A DNA stretch of 64,000 bases, from NCBI GenBank assembly GCA_963823475.1, contig CAWGLS010000002.1, positions 96,143-160,142 on the forward strand, in the 5' to 3' direction. Below the pieces are notes generated by a model. That model worked only from the letters and a program-made list of their open reading frames with translations, was not told the origin of the DNA and did not search any database. Below are positions 50,646 to 60,345 of the stretch, piece after piece. The stretch is from an uncultured beta proteobacterium (GTDB taxonomy: Bacteria; Pseudomonadota; Gammaproteobacteria; Burkholderiales; Casimicrobiaceae). Position numbers and translations under genes: made by a program. Each line of letters begins with the position of its first letter. Within the stretch, counting starts at the first letter, position 1.

Positions 50646-51374
50646 CTACGCTTCGTCGAGCACGGCCGACGTATAGACTTCCTGCACGTCGTCGAGCGAC
50701 TCGAGCGCGTCCAGAAGCTTCTGCATCCTGGCGGCCTCGTCGCCGGTCATCTCGATCTCGGTCGCGGGCTTCATCGTCACTTCGGCGAACTCGGCCTTGA
50801 AGCCGGCCTTGGCGAGCGCGTCCTTGATCGTGACGAAATCGTACGGGCCCGTGATGACCTCGAGGCTGCCGTCGTCGTTGGTCACGACATCCTCGGCGCC
50901 GGCGTCGAGCGCCGCCTCCAGCAATTTGTTCTCGTCGGTGCCCGGCGGAAACAGGATCTGGCCGCAATGCTTGAACAGGAAGGCGACCGAGCCGTCGGTG
51001 CCCAGGTTGCCGCCGTACTTCGAGAACGCGTGGCGGACATCGGCGACGGTGCGCGTGCGGTTGTCGGTCATGCAGTCGACGATCACCGCGGCGCCGTTGA
51101 TGCCATAGCCTTCGTAGCGGATTTCCTCGTAGTTGACGCCTTCGAGATCGCCGGCGCCGCGCTTGGTCGCGCGCTCGATCGTGTCCTTCGGCATGTTCTG
51201 CCCGGTGGCCTTGTCGACGGCCAGCCGCAGCCGCGGGTTCATCGAAGGATCAGCGCCGCCCAGCCGGGCCGCGACGGTGATTTCCTTGATGAGGCGCGTG
51301 AAGATCTTGCCGCGCTTGGCGTCGGTCGCGGCCTTCTTGTGCTTGATGTTCGCCCATTTGCTGTGGCCGGCCAT
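50646..51374 (-). CDS. yebC: YebC/PmpR-family transcriptional regulator
   Basis: [37 protein letters not shown]…. Confidence 0.95.
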   Translation of the reverse strand: MAGHSKWANIKHKKAATDAKRGKIFTRLIKEITVAARLGGADPSMNPRLRLAVDKATGQNMPKDTIERATKRGAGDLEGVNYEEIRYEGYGINGAAVIVDCMTDNRTRTVADVRHAFSKYGGNLGTDGSVAFLFKHCGQILFPPGTDENKLLEAALDAGAEDVVTNDDGSLEVITGPYDFVTIKDALAKAGFKAEFAEVTMKPATEIEMTGDEAARMQKLLDALESLDDVQEVYTSAVLDEA

Positions 51375-51503
51375 GATGTTCCCGACTGCGGTGTCCGTTT
51401 GGAAGCACAAATTATACGCGGGCCATGCCCCGGCCACGGCCCGCCGGGCGTTGGCGGTCGTGACGTCGATCGGATAGACTTCGCTGCCTCGGATGAATGC
51501 CTG

Positions 51504-52181
51504 ATGGCCCTGCGCAACGCACGCGACGTCCTGTCGCGCATCTTCTACCAGCGGTGCTTCTGGCTGTTCGCGCTGCTGCTGACGCTGATCGCCGTCGCGC
51601 CGTTCCTGCCGTCGACGATGCAGGGCAGGCTCGTCACGAACTGGATCAATGCCTTCGTGGTTGTCGCCACCGTCGCGGCCGTGGGCCGCACGCTGCTGTC
51701 GTTTGTCATCGTGCTGCTGCTCGCCGTGCCTACGCTGGGCTTCCAGTGGCTGGGACTGTCCGCCGGCGACGGGCTCTGGCTCGCCGAGTCGTGGATGTTC
51801 GGCGCGGCGCTCTACCTCGTGACCACGATCTACCTGATGCGTTACGTGTTCCTGCCCGAGGTGATGACGGCCGACAAGCTCTTCGGCGCTGCCGCGAGCT
51901 ACCTGATGCTGGGGGTCCTGTGGGCCTATTTCTATGTGCTCCTCGGCCACTTCTATCCGCAGGCATTCGCGGTCGGCGGCGTTCCCGGCACGCTCGACTT
52001 CTACGAGGCGCTCTATCTCAGCATGACGGTGCTGACGAGCACGGGCTTCGGCGACATCACGCCGCTCGCACGGCAGGCGCGGGCGATCTGCGTCGTCGAA
52101 CAAGTGATCGGCGCGCTGTTCGTAGCGATCCTGATCGCGCGGCTGGCGGGCGTCTATCCGCCGCAGCGCACCGAATCCTAG
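51504..52181 (+). CDS. Two-TM potassium-channel-like protein
   Basis: Selectivity-filter-like TSTGFGD flanked by TM helices; 225 aa. Confidence 0.65.
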   Translation: MALRNARDVLSRIFYQRCFWLFALLLTLIAVAPFLPSTMQGRLVTNWINAFVVVATVAAVGRTLLSFVIVLLLAVPTLGFQWLGLSAGDGLWLAESWMFGAALYLVTTIYLMRYVFLPEVMTADKLFGAAASYLMLGVLWAYFYVLLGHFYPQAFAVGGVPGTLDFYEALYLSMTVLTSTGFGDITPLARQARAICVVEQVIGALFVAILIARLAGVYPPQRTES

Positions 52182-52189
52182 CCATTGCG

Positions 52190-52519
52190 ATGCCCTGGCT
52201 GACGGTCACGCTTGCCGGCCTGTTCGAGGTCGCCTTCACCTACTGCCTGAAGCGCTCGGATACCTTTCGCCGTCCGGTGCGGACCGGGCTCTTCGTCGCC
52301 AGTGCGATCGCCAGCCTGTGGCTGCTGAACCTGGCGGTGGGGACGTTCCCGCTGGGCACCGCGTACGCGGTGTGGACGGGCATCGGCGCCGCGGGTACGG
52401 CGCTGGTCGGGATCGCCTGGTTCGACGAGGCGGCCACGCCGCACCGGTTGTTCTTCATCGGCCTGATCGTGGCCGTGGTGGCGGGACTCGAGTTCGCATC
52501 GCCACCGCCGCCGGCGTGA
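52190..52519 (+). CDS. sugE: Small multidrug resistance (SMR) family protein SugE
   Basis: [24 protein letters not shown]… with four TM helices and the conserved Glu. Confidence 0.85.
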   Translation: MPWLTVTLAGLFEVAFTYCLKRSDTFRRPVRTGLFVASAIASLWLLNLAVGTFPLGTAYAVWTGIGAAGTALVGIAWFDEAATPHRLFFIGLIVAVVAGLEFASPPPPA

Positions 52520-52532
52520 GCTGCGCAGCGCC

Positions 52533-53162
52533 TTAGAGCACGCCCTGCTGCGCCAGGAATTTCTGCAGCACCTGCAGCCTGACGTCGGCATCGTTGATCT
52601 CGAGCATGCTCTGCTTGATGTGCAGCGGCAGCGGCAGGAATTCCGCCAGCCGGTAGCCGACCCATGACGCGTCGCCGAAGTCCCGATCGACGGGGAAGTT
52701 CTGCGGACCTACGCGTGTCGCGATGAGCTCCAGAAGGTTGGCGAGCGGCGCATACGTTTCGGCGAGCGACTTGGCCGGCTCGGTCGGAATCGGCGTCACC
52801 TCGCCGACGACGAGGCCCGACGGCTGCACGTCGCGCCTGCGGATCTGGAAGCGCCCCTCGCCATGCGTGGCGACGTGCAGGATGCCGAGATCCGGCATGT
52901 CCCAGTCGGTGATGCGCGCCAGCGTGCCCACGCCGGCGATCTCCGGCGCCGCGCCGCGGCTGGCGGCGACCTCGTCGCCCCGCGTGATCAGGCACACGCC
53001 GAATGGACGGTTCTCGCGCAGGCAGGCCTTCGTCATGTCGATGTAGCGCTGCTCGAACACCTTGAGCGGCAGCAGGCCGCCGGGAAACAGCACGGTCTTC
53101 AACGGAAACAGCGGAAGCGTATACGGCTCGCGTCCGCCGCCGGTGCCGAAGCGCCACATCAT
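52533..53162 (-). CDS. Lon N-terminal (LON substrate-binding) domain protein
   Basis: LPLFPLKTVLFPGGLLPLKVFEQRYIDM… is a standalone Lon-N domain. Confidence 0.75.
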   Translation of the reverse strand: MMWRFGTGGGREPYTLPLFPLKTVLFPGGLLPLKVFEQRYIDMTKACLRENRPFGVCLITRGDEVAASRGAAPEIAGVGTLARITDWDMPDLGILHVATHGEGRFQIRRRDVQPSGLVVGEVTPIPTEPAKSLAETYAPLANLLELIATRVGPQNFPVDRDFGDASWVGYRLAEFLPLPLHIKQSMLEINDADVRLQVLQKFLAQQGVL

Positions 53163-53169
53163 CGCGCCA

Positions 53170-53817
53170 TCACGCCGTGCCCATGTCCGCGGCGGGCGGT
53201 TCGTTGCGACCCACGCCCCAGCGCGGCACGAGGTCGTGCGGAACGCGCAGCTGGTCGAGCACGCGGGCGACGACGAAGTCGACGATGTCGGCCACCGTCT
53301 GCGGGTGCGTGTAGAAGCCCGGCGCCGGCGGCAGGATCACGGCGCCGGCATGCGCGAGCTTCAGCATGTTGTCGAGATGGATGACCGACAGCGGCGTCTC
53401 GCGCGGGACGAGGACGAGCGGCCGCCGCTCCTTCAGCATCACGTCGGCGGCACGCTCGATCAGGTTGTCCGCGAGACCGTGCGCGATCGCGCCCAGCGTG
53501 CCCATGCTGCACGGACAGATCGCCATCGCGTCGGCGGGATTCGAGCCGGATGCGACCGGCGACATCCAGTCCTCGCGCGCGAACACGACGATCTGGCCGT
53601 CCTTCGCGGCGCAGCGCTCGCCGAAAAACCGCGCCGCCTCGCGCGGCTGCGCGGGGAAGACGAGATTGCACTCCTGCTTCGCGACGACCTGCGCCGCGGA
53701 CGAATACAGCAGATAGACGCGGCAGTGCGCGGCGACCAGGCACTCGAGCAGCCGCAGGCCGAACGGCATGCCGGAGGCGCCGGTGAAGGCGAGGGTGACG
53801 GTGCGCGGCGCGGTCAT
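53170..53817 (-). CDS. ubiX: Flavin prenyltransferase UbiX
   Basis: MTAPRTVTLAFTGASGMPFGLRLLECL…; 215 aa. Confidence 0.9.
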   Translation of the reverse strand: MTAPRTVTLAFTGASGMPFGLRLLECLVAAHCRVYLLYSSAAQVVAKQECNLVFPAQPREAARFFGERCAAKDGQIVVFAREDWMSPVASGSNPADAMAICPCSMGTLGAIAHGLADNLIERAADVMLKERRPLVLVPRETPLSVIHLDNMLKLAHAGAVILPPAPGFYTHPQTVADIVDFVVARVLDQLRVPHDLVPRWGVGRNEPPAADMGTA

Positions 53818-53837
53818 CGTGAAGGCGGTCCCGAGGG

Positions 53838-54674
53838 TCAGCCCATTTCGCGGTGCCGGACCAGCACCTGGTAGCGCGAACCGAACGCGCGGGCGAGCCG
53901 CTCGACGAGATACACGGAACGATGGCGTCCGCCGGTGCAGCCGATCGCGACGGTCAGGTAGTTGCGATTGTCGCGCGCATAGTCGGGCAGCCAGCTGGCG
54001 ACGAAGTGGTAGATGTCGCCGTACATGCGCTCGACCTCGGGCAGCGCCTCGAGAAACGCGACGACCGGCGCGTCGCGGCCGGTGAGGGGCGCGAGTTCGC
54101 GCTCGTAGTGCGGATTGGGCAGGCAGCGAACGTCGAACACGAGGTCCGCGTCGAGCGGTACGCCGTGCTTGAAGCCGAACGATTCCAGCAGCAGCGTCAG
54201 CTTGGTGGGATCGACGGCGATGAAGTCCTTGATCCACCCGCGCAGCGCCGCGGCCGACAGGTCGCTCGTGTCGAACGCGAAGCCGAGTTCGCGCACTTCG
54301 GCGAGCAGCGCGCGCTCGTGTTCGATGGCTTCGGTCAGCGTGCGCTCGTCGCTGGAGAACGGGTGTCGCCGTCGCGTCTCCGAAAAGCGCTTGACCAGCG
54401 TATCGGTCTTGGCGTCGAGATAGAGGAAGCGCACCGTCCATCCCGCGCGTCGCGTGCCTTCGATCGCTGCGGCGAGTCCGGGCAGGCCCGGGCCGGTCTT
54501 GACGTCGAGCGCGACGGCGACGCGATGCTGGCCCGCGCGCGCGAGGTTCGCCGCCGTCTCGATCAGCATCGACGGCGGCAGGTTGTTGATCGCGTGGTAG
54601 CCCGAATCCTCGAGCGCCGCGAGCGCGACGCTCTTGCCGGAACCCGACACGCCGCCGATCAGCAGCAGGTCCAT
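53838..54674 (-). CDS. rapZ: RNase adapter protein RapZ (YhbJ)
   Basis: MDLLLIGGVSGSGKSVALAALED… with a Walker A and a C-terminal RNA-binding domain. The ORF's 65-codon upstream extension is repeat-encoded and probably not translated. Confidence 0.9.
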   Translation of the reverse strand: MDLLLIGGVSGSGKSVALAALEDSGYHAINNLPPSMLIETAANLARAGQHRVAVALDVKTGPGLPGLAAAIEGTRRAGWTVRFLYLDAKTDTLVKRFSETRRRHPFSSDERTLTEAIEHERALLAEVRELGFAFDTSDLSAAALRGWIKDFIAVDPTKLTLLLESFGFKHGVPLDADLVFDVRCLPNPHYERELAPLTGRDAPVVAFLEALPEVERMYGDIYHFVASWLPDYARDNRNYLTVAIGCTGGRHRSVYLVERLARAFGSRYQVLVRHREMG

Positions 54675-54689
54675 GTCAGTTCCGCCGAG

Positions 54690-54850
54690 CCGCCCCAAGG
54701 AACTGACGCGCCCCCTCGGGGGGCAGCGAGCGAGCGGGGCAAGCGACGCGCCCCCTGGGGGGCAGCGAGCGCAGCGAGGTGGGGGCTCCGTCGCGCCGGG
54801 CCGCCCCAAGGACGGACGCGCCCCCTCGGGGGGCAGCGAGCGCAGCGAGC
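54690..54850. repeat. GC-rich CCCCC-T-GGGGGG family repeat (two copies, inverted relative to the 29.0-kb copy) in the hprK-rapZ intergenic region
   Basis: …gccgccccaaggaactgacgcgccccctcggggggcagcgagcg… occurs twice. Confidence 0.8.
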
Positions 54851-54870
54851 GTGGGGGTCGTTTCCCCATG

Positions 54871-55830
54871 CTAGTTCCCGTCTTCCATCAGCTTCTGCTG
54901 CCGTTCGATGAACTCCTTCGTGCTGTCGATGCCGCGCTGGTTCAGCACGAAGTTGCGCACGGCGGCCTCGACGAGCACGGCGAGGTTGCGTCCGGCGGCG
55001 ACGGGAATCGTGACCTTGCGGATCGGCACCGACAGCACGTCCTGGTAGGTCGCGTTGACCTGCAGCCGGTCGAGGTCGGTGAACGCCTCGTGCCCGTGAT
55101 CCTCGAGATGGACGAGCAGCTTCAGCAGCTTGCGCGGCCGCACGGCGGTCTCGCCGAAGATCGTGCGGATGTTGAGGACGCCGATGCCGCGCACCTCCAG
55201 GAAGTCGCGCAGCACCGCGGGGCAGCGGCCTTCGATCGTGTCGGGCGAGATGCGGTAGAGCTCGACGATGTCGTCGGCGACGAGGCCGTTGCCGCGCGAG
55301 ATGAGCTCGAGCGCCAGCTCGCTCTTGCCGATCGCCGACGCGCCGGTGATCAGCACGCCCATCTCCAGCACGTCGAGAAACACGCCGTGCAGCGTCGTCG
55401 ATTCGGCGAGCACGCGCGCGAGGTACAGGCGAATGACGTCGACCATGTGCGGCGACGGCTGCGCCGACGTGAACAGCGCGACGTGGTGCTGGTTGCACTG
55501 GTCGAGCAGGTATTGCGGTACCTCCTCGCCGTTGGCCACGACGATCGCGATGAGTTCGGCGTTGAACAGGCGGCCGATCGACCGCTCGAGCTCGTCGGCG
55601 GGCAATCCGCGCAGGTACGAGCCTTCCGCCGCGCCCAGGATCTGGATGCGGAACGGATGGATGAGATTCATGTGGCCGACCTGCCCGACGGTCGGCTTCA
55701 ATTCGGAGTCGCCCGTCAGCACCCGGCTGCCGCCCTGGCGGCCGCCTTTCCAGTGCAGCCCCAGCCGGTCGGCATTGTCGTCGAACAGGCGCTGGACGCT
55801 GACCTGGCGCATCGCCTCTTCGCCGCTCAC
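54871..55830 (-). CDS. hprK: HPr kinase/phosphorylase (start may be the Met at 55812)
   Basis: Walker A GASAIGKSE and HprK C-terminal kinase motifs. Confidence 0.93.
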   Translation of the reverse strand: MSGEEAMRQVSVQRLFDDNADRLGLHWKGGRQGGSRVLTGDSELKPTVGQVGHMNLIHPFRIQILGAAEGSYLRGLPADELERSIGRLFNAELIAIVVANGEEVPQYLLDQCNQHHVALFTSAQPSPHMVDVIRLYLARVLAESTTLHGVFLDVLEMGVLITGASAIGKSELALELISRGNGLVADDIVELYRISPDTIEGRCPAVLRDFLEVRGIGVLNIRTIFGETAVRPRKLLKLLVHLEDHGHEAFTDLDRLQVNATYQDVLSVPIRKVTIPVAAGRNLAVLVEAAVRNFVLNQRGIDSTKEFIERQQKLMEDGN

Positions 55831-55867
55831 CCGGCAGCCCCGGCGCGAGCTGCGCGTGTGCCCCTGC

Positions 55868-56326
55868 TCACGGCGACGGTTCCCATCCGCGGAACAGCGC
55901 CACCAGTTCGGTCGAGCTGCCGACCGTCGCCAGCTTTTCGCGGAACTGCCGCTCCGAGAACATCTGCGCGAGTTCCGACAGGAGTTGCAGGTGCAGGTCC
56001 GTGGCCTGCTCGGGCACCAGCAGGACGAACACCTGCGACACGGGCTTGCCGTCGGGTGCGTCGAACGGTACCGGTTGCTTCAACCGCACGAACGCGCCGC
56101 GTGCTTCCTTCAGGCCCTTGATCCGGCCGTGGGGAATGGCAACCCCCTGGCCCAAGCCGGTGGAGCCCAGCTTCTCGCGGGCGGTCAGGCTGGAGGCGAC
56201 GCTCGCGGCGTCCAGCCCGCCGGCGGCGAACAGCGCGCCGGCGGCCTCGAACAGGCGCGGCTTCGACCCGACGTCCAGGTCGAGCGCAATGTTCGCGGGG
56301 GGGAGCAGTTCGGCGATCTGGTTCAT
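55868..56326 (-). CDS. ptsN: PTS IIA-like nitrogen regulatory protein PtsN (EIIA-Ntr)
   Basis: 152 aa; phosphorylatable His in GVAIPHG. Confidence 0.92.
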   Translation of the reverse strand: MNQIAELLPPANIALDLDVGSKPRLFEAAGALFAAGGLDAASVASSLTAREKLGSTGLGQGVAIPHGRIKGLKEARGAFVRLKQPVPFDAPDGKPVSQVFVLLVPEQATDLHLQLLSELAQMFSERQFREKLATVGSSTELVALFRGWEPSP

Positions 56327-56428
56327 CGGGGAGGTTGGAGTTTGGCGTTAGGTCCCCGGAAATGATGCGGCGGGGGTCAGTACCCCTGACCTCCCGCCGC
56401 CTTGGGCTTCCGGAAAATTATACGCCGG

Positions 56429-56785
56429 TCATTCGGCGGCCTGCCCATCCGGCGTGGCCGCGGCCAGCGTGCGTTCGATCGTTTCGCGGTCGGCGCGGTG
56501 CGCCGAGTTCTTCTCCTTGTACTTGAGGATCTGGCGGTTCAGCTTGTCGGCAAGACAATCGATGGCGGCGTACATGTCGGGTTCGACGGCTTCGGCGTGG
56601 ATTTCCTTGCCCCGCACGTGCACGTTGGCCTCCACTTTCTGTCGCAGCTTGTCCACCGAAAGAACCACATTGACGTCGATCACATGGTCGAAGTGCCGGT
56701 TGACGCGATCCATCTTGTTGACGACATAGGCGCGGATCGCAGGCGTGATATCCAGGTGGACGCCGGTGAGGTTCAAGTTCATCAA
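56429..56785 (-). CDS. hpf: Ribosome hibernation promoting factor (sigma-54 modulation protein)
   Basis: MMNLNLTGVHLDITPAIRAYV…; 118 aa. Confidence 0.92.
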   Translation of the reverse strand: MMNLNLTGVHLDITPAIRAYVVNKMDRVNRHFDHVIDVNVVLSVDKLRQKVEANVHVRGKEIHAEAVEPDMYAAIDCLADKLNRQILKYKEKNSAHRADRETIERTLAAATPDGQAAE

Positions 56786-56849
56786 GCTCTCCTCTCTTGG
56801 GCAACGTTCGTGCTGCTAATGCGCAAGATCCGGGCCATGCCCCTGGCCG

Positions 56850-58340
56850 CTACAGCGACTTGCGCAGGTTGACGGGAGGTATCGACAACGCCTCCCGGTA
56901 TTTGGCGATCGTGCGGCGGGCGACGATGATTCCCTGCTCTCCCAGCAGGTCGGCGATCTTGCTGTCGGTCAGCGGCGCCTTCTGGTTCTCGGCGGCGATC
57001 AATTGCTTGATCAGCGCGCGGATGGCGGTGGCCGACGCGGCGCCGCCCGTGTCCGTGGCGACATGGCTGCCGAAGAAATACTTGAGCTCGAAGGTGCCGC
57101 GCGGCGTCAGCATGTACTTCTGCGTCGTCACCCGCGAAATCGTGGACTCGTGCAGGTCGAGCATGTCGGCGATCTCGCGCAGCACCATCGGCCGCATCGC
57201 GACCTCGCCGTGCTCGAAGAATCGCCGCTGGCGCTCGACGATGGCCTGCGCCACGCGCAGGATCGTCTCGAAACGCTGCTGGACGTTGCGGATCAGCCAC
57301 TTGGCTTCCTGCAGCTGGGCAGCCAGCTGCTGGTTGGACGATTCGCGGTTGCGCGTCAGGATGTCCGCATAGATGCGATTCAGCCGCAGCTTGGGCATCG
57401 CGGCTTCGTTCAACGAGGCAGTCCACGTGTTGCGCACTTTACGTACGACCACGTCCGGAATCACATAGTTCGCCTCGTCCTTCGAAAACGACGAGCCCGG
57501 ACGGGGATTCAAGCTGCGGATCAGTTCGCGCACGCACTTCACGCAGGCCTCGTCGCAGTGCAGCACGCGGCGCAGCTTGGTGAAGTCGCGCGCGGCGAGC
57601 AGCTGCAGGTGGCCCTCGCATATCGTCAGCGCCTCGGCGCGGTACGGCGTGCTGGCCGGCAGCGCCTTCAATTGCAGACACAGGCACTCGGCAGGACTGC
57701 GCGCGCCGACACCCGGCGGATCGAAGCTCTGCAGGTACTTGAGTCCGATCATCAGCTCGTCGGCCTCGAGCGCGTCGTTCTCCGAGAACATGTCGGAGAT
57801 CTCGTCGAGCGTGGAGGCGAGATAGCCGTCGTCGTCCAGCGCGTCGATCAGCGCGGCGACGATCTGCCGGTCGCGCTCCGGCACGTTCAGCAGCGCGAGT
57901 TGCCCGACGAGATGATCGCGCAGCGAGCTCGTCGCGACCTGCTGCGGCGCGAAATCCTCGTCCTCGTTCGAACTGCCGCCGCCCCAGTCGCCGTCCGTCG
58001 CGCCGCCGCCGTAATCGGCGAAGTCGGTGACGTCGGGCAGGTCGTCGCGCGTGGGCGCCGTATCGACGCCGGACACGCTGTCGCCGTCGCCATCGCCGTC
58101 GTCGTCCCGCGTCGGCCGTTCGATGGTGACGGGACCGGGCGCGGTGCCGGTGACCGCCGATTCCTGCGGCGGCACGTCCTCGTCGCCCTCCTCGCGCTCG
58201 AGCAGGGGATTCTCCTGCAGCATCCGGTCGACCTCGGCATTGAGTTCGAGCGTCGACAACTGCAACAGCCGGATCGACTGCTGCAATTGGGGCGTCAGCG
58301 TGAGATGCTGGGTAAGCTTGAGCTGGAGCGTTTGTTTCAT
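56850..58340 (-). CDS. rpoN: RNA polymerase sigma-54 factor
   Basis: MKQTLQLKLTQHLTLTPQLQQSIRLLQLSTLEL…, an acidic region, and the RpoN box (ARRTIAKYRE). Confidence 0.97.
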   Translation of the reverse strand: MKQTLQLKLTQHLTLTPQLQQSIRLLQLSTLELNAEVDRMLQENPLLEREEGDEDVPPQESAVTGTAPGPVTIERPTRDDDGDGDGDSVSGVDTAPTRDDLPDVTDFADYGGGATDGDWGGGSSNEDEDFAPQQVATSSLRDHLVGQLALLNVPERDRQIVAALIDALDDDGYLASTLDEISDMFSENDALEADELMIGLKYLQSFDPPGVGARSPAECLCLQLKALPASTPYRAEALTICEGHLQLLAARDFTKLRRVLHCDEACVKCVRELIRSLNPRPGSSFSKDEANYVIPDVVVRKVRNTWTASLNEAAMPKLRLNRIYADILTRNRESSNQQLAAQLQEAKWLIRNVQQRFETILRVAQAIVERQRRFFEHGEVAMRPMVLREIADMLDLHESTISRVTTQKYMLTPRGTFELKYFFGSHVATDTGGAASATAIRALIKQLIAAENQKAPLTDSKIADLLGEQGIIVARRTIAKYREALSIPPVNLRKSL

Positions 58341-58371
58341 CGTGCAGAACTGCTGCGCGGCTCCGTGGCGG

Positions 58372-59094
58372 CTATAGCCGGAAGTGCTCTCCGAGGTAGA
58401 CCTTGCGTACGTCCTCATTATAAACAATCTCGCCCGGAACGCCCGACGCGAGGACCCGACCCTCGTTGATGATATACGCCCGGTCGCAGATGCCGAGCGT
58501 TTCGCGGACGTTATGGTCGGTGATCAGCACGCCGATGCCGCGCTCCTTCAGGAAGCCGATGATCTTCTGGATGTCCAGCACGGCGATCGGATCCACGCCG
58601 GCGAACGGTTCGTCGAGCAGGATGAAGCGGGGCCGGGTCGCCAGTGCGCGCGCGATCTCGCAGCGGCGCCGCTCGCCGCCCGACAGCGAGACGGCCGGCG
58701 CGTCGGCGAGATGCGAGATCGACAGGTCCTCGAGCAGCGCGTCCAGGCGATTGGACAGTGTGTCGGCGTCGAGATCCTGCAGCTCGAGGATCGCGCGCAC
58801 GTTCTCGGCAACCGTCAGCTTGCGGAAGATCGACGCCTCCTGCGGCAGGTACGAAAGCCCGCGCCGCGCGCGCTGGTGGATCGCGAGATGCGACAGGTTC
58901 TCGCCGTCGAGCTGGATGCTGCCGCCGTCGGCGACCACCAGGCCGACGATCATGTAGAAACAGGTGGTCTTGCCGGCGCCGTTGGGACCGAGGAGGCCGA
59001 CGACCTCGCCGCTGGCGACGTCGAGCGACACGTCGTGCACGACCGTTCGTGCCTTGTAGCGCTTTTGCAGGCGGGCCGCGGAAAGCTGGCTCAA
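58372..59094 (-). CDS. lptB: LPS export ABC transporter ATP-binding protein LptB
   Basis: 240 aa; Walker [10 protein letters not shown] and LSGGERRR. Confidence 0.95.
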   Translation of the reverse strand: MSQLSAARLQKRYKARTVVHDVSLDVASGEVVGLLGPNGAGKTTCFYMIVGLVVADGGSIQLDGENLSHLAIHQRARRGLSYLPQEASIFRKLTVAENVRAILELQDLDADTLSNRLDALLEDLSISHLADAPAVSLSGGERRRCEIARALATRPRFILLDEPFAGVDPIAVLDIQKIIGFLKERGIGVLITDHNVRETLGICDRAYIINEGRVLASGVPGEIVYNEDVRKVYLGEHFRL

Positions 59095-59095
59095 T

Positions 59096-59700
59096 GGACG
59101 ACCCCCACGCTTGCCGCTATCGCGGCTGCGCTGCCCCCGAGGGGGAGCGGTTCGCGGCTCGGGGCGGCCCTTCGCCGCGAACGACGACCCCCACGCTTGC
59201 CGCTATCGCGGCTGCGCTGCCCCCGAGGGGGAGCGGTTCGCGGCTCGGGGCGGCCCTTCGCCGCGAACGACGACCCCCACGCTTGCCGCTATCGCGGCTG
59301 CGCTGCCCCCCGAGGGGGAGCGGTTCGCGGCTCGGGGCGGCCCTTCGCCGCGAACGACGACCCCCACGCTTGCCGCTATCGCGGCTGCGCTGCCCCCCGA
59401 GGGGGAGCGGTTCGCGGCTCGGGGCGGCCCTTCGCCGCGAACGACGACCCCCACGCTTGCCGCTATCGCGGCTGCGCTGCCCCCCGAGGGGGAGCGGTTC
59501 GCGGCTCGGGGCGGCCCTTCGCCGCGAACGACGCCCCCACGCTTGCCGCTATCGCGGCTGCGCTGCCCCCGAGGGGGAGCGGTTCGCGGCTCGGGGCGGC
59601 CCTTCGCCGCGAACGACGACCCCCACGCTTGCCGCTATCGCGGCTGCGCTGCCTCCCGAGCGGGAGCGCATTTGCGTGCCTTGGGGCGGCGTTGCCCCGC
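59096..59700. repeat. Tandem array of ~7 copies of an 86-87-bp GC-rich repeat (same family as 29.0 kb and 54.7 kb) filling the lptA-lptB intergenic region
   Basis: The unit gacgacccccacgcttgccgctatcgcggctgcgctgcccccgagggggagcggttcgcggctcggggcggcccttcgccgcgaac is repeated head to tail. The last copy is degenerate. Confidence 0.9.
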
Positions 59701-59712
59701 GAACGTCCCTGC

Positions 59713-60345
59713 TCATTTCGGAGCCGGCGCGAGTTCTCCGGACGGCTTCAGCGTCAGCGGCCGCGCGGACTTGCCGCTGTCACCCTTGCCGGAATCGCCC
59801 TTGCCGGGCAGCGCATCGCTCTTCGGCTGGAACGTGCCGCGCACACGATCGCTGCGGCCGGTTTCGCCGGGAACCGGCGTCGTCGAGGCGCGGCCCTCGG
59901 CCTTGAACATCTCGGTCGCCGCGTTGTACGAGATGTAGTTGCTCCGTATCTCGTCGGCGCCGCGCTTCAGTATCGCGTTGTCGAAGAGTTCGAGCTGCTC
60001 CTTCTGGCCGTCGTACTCGGCACGCTGCGCCCAGCCCTCGTAGTAGCCCTCGGCGTCGTCGCGCTTCTGGCGGAACGACAGCGGCGTGCCGAACGCCGTG
60101 GCCGACAGCGAATTGTCGGCGTTCTGCTTGAAGTCGATGCGGTTCGCCTTGATCGTCAGCGTGCCCTGCGTGATGACGACGTTGCCCTTGAGAATCCCGG
60201 TGCGCTTTTCGTAGTTGACCTCGCCGTCGTCGGACGTGAATGTGATCGGCTTCTCGCGATCGGTCTTCTCGGCGTGCGCGGCGCACGCGAGCAGGATCGC
60301 GCAGAAGACGGTCGACGCACGCAGCAGGACGGAGGGTCTGGTCAC
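59713..60345 (-). CDS. lptA: LPS transport periplasmic protein LptA (GTG start overlapping the lptC stop)
   Basis: Signal peptide plus the OstA-like beta-jellyroll (EKTDREKPITFTSDDGEVNYEKRTGILKGNVVITQGTL…). Confidence 0.9.
   Translation of the reverse strand: MTRPSVLLRASTVFCAILLACAAHAEKTDREKPITFTSDDGEVNYEKRTGILKGNVVITQGTLTIKANRIDFKQNADNSLSATAFGTPLSFRQKRDDAEGYYEGWAQRAEYDGQKEQLELFDNAILKRGADEIRSNYISYNAATEMFKAEGRASTTPVPGETGRSDRVRGTFQPKSDALPGKGDSGKGDSGKSARPLTLKPSGELAPAPK

Noticed and set aside
53838-54869. RapZ with a 65-aa N-terminal extension (ORF start at 54869)
   Set aside because: The extension is encoded entirely by the GC-rich intergenic repeat. Conserved RapZ begins at MDLLLIGGVSGSGKS (54674).
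59096-59700. Possible CRISPR array (regular ~87-bp periodicity)
   Set aside because: The units are contiguous identical repeats with no unique spacers, and the unit is far longer than CRISPR repeats. There are no cas genes. It is a tandem repeat array.
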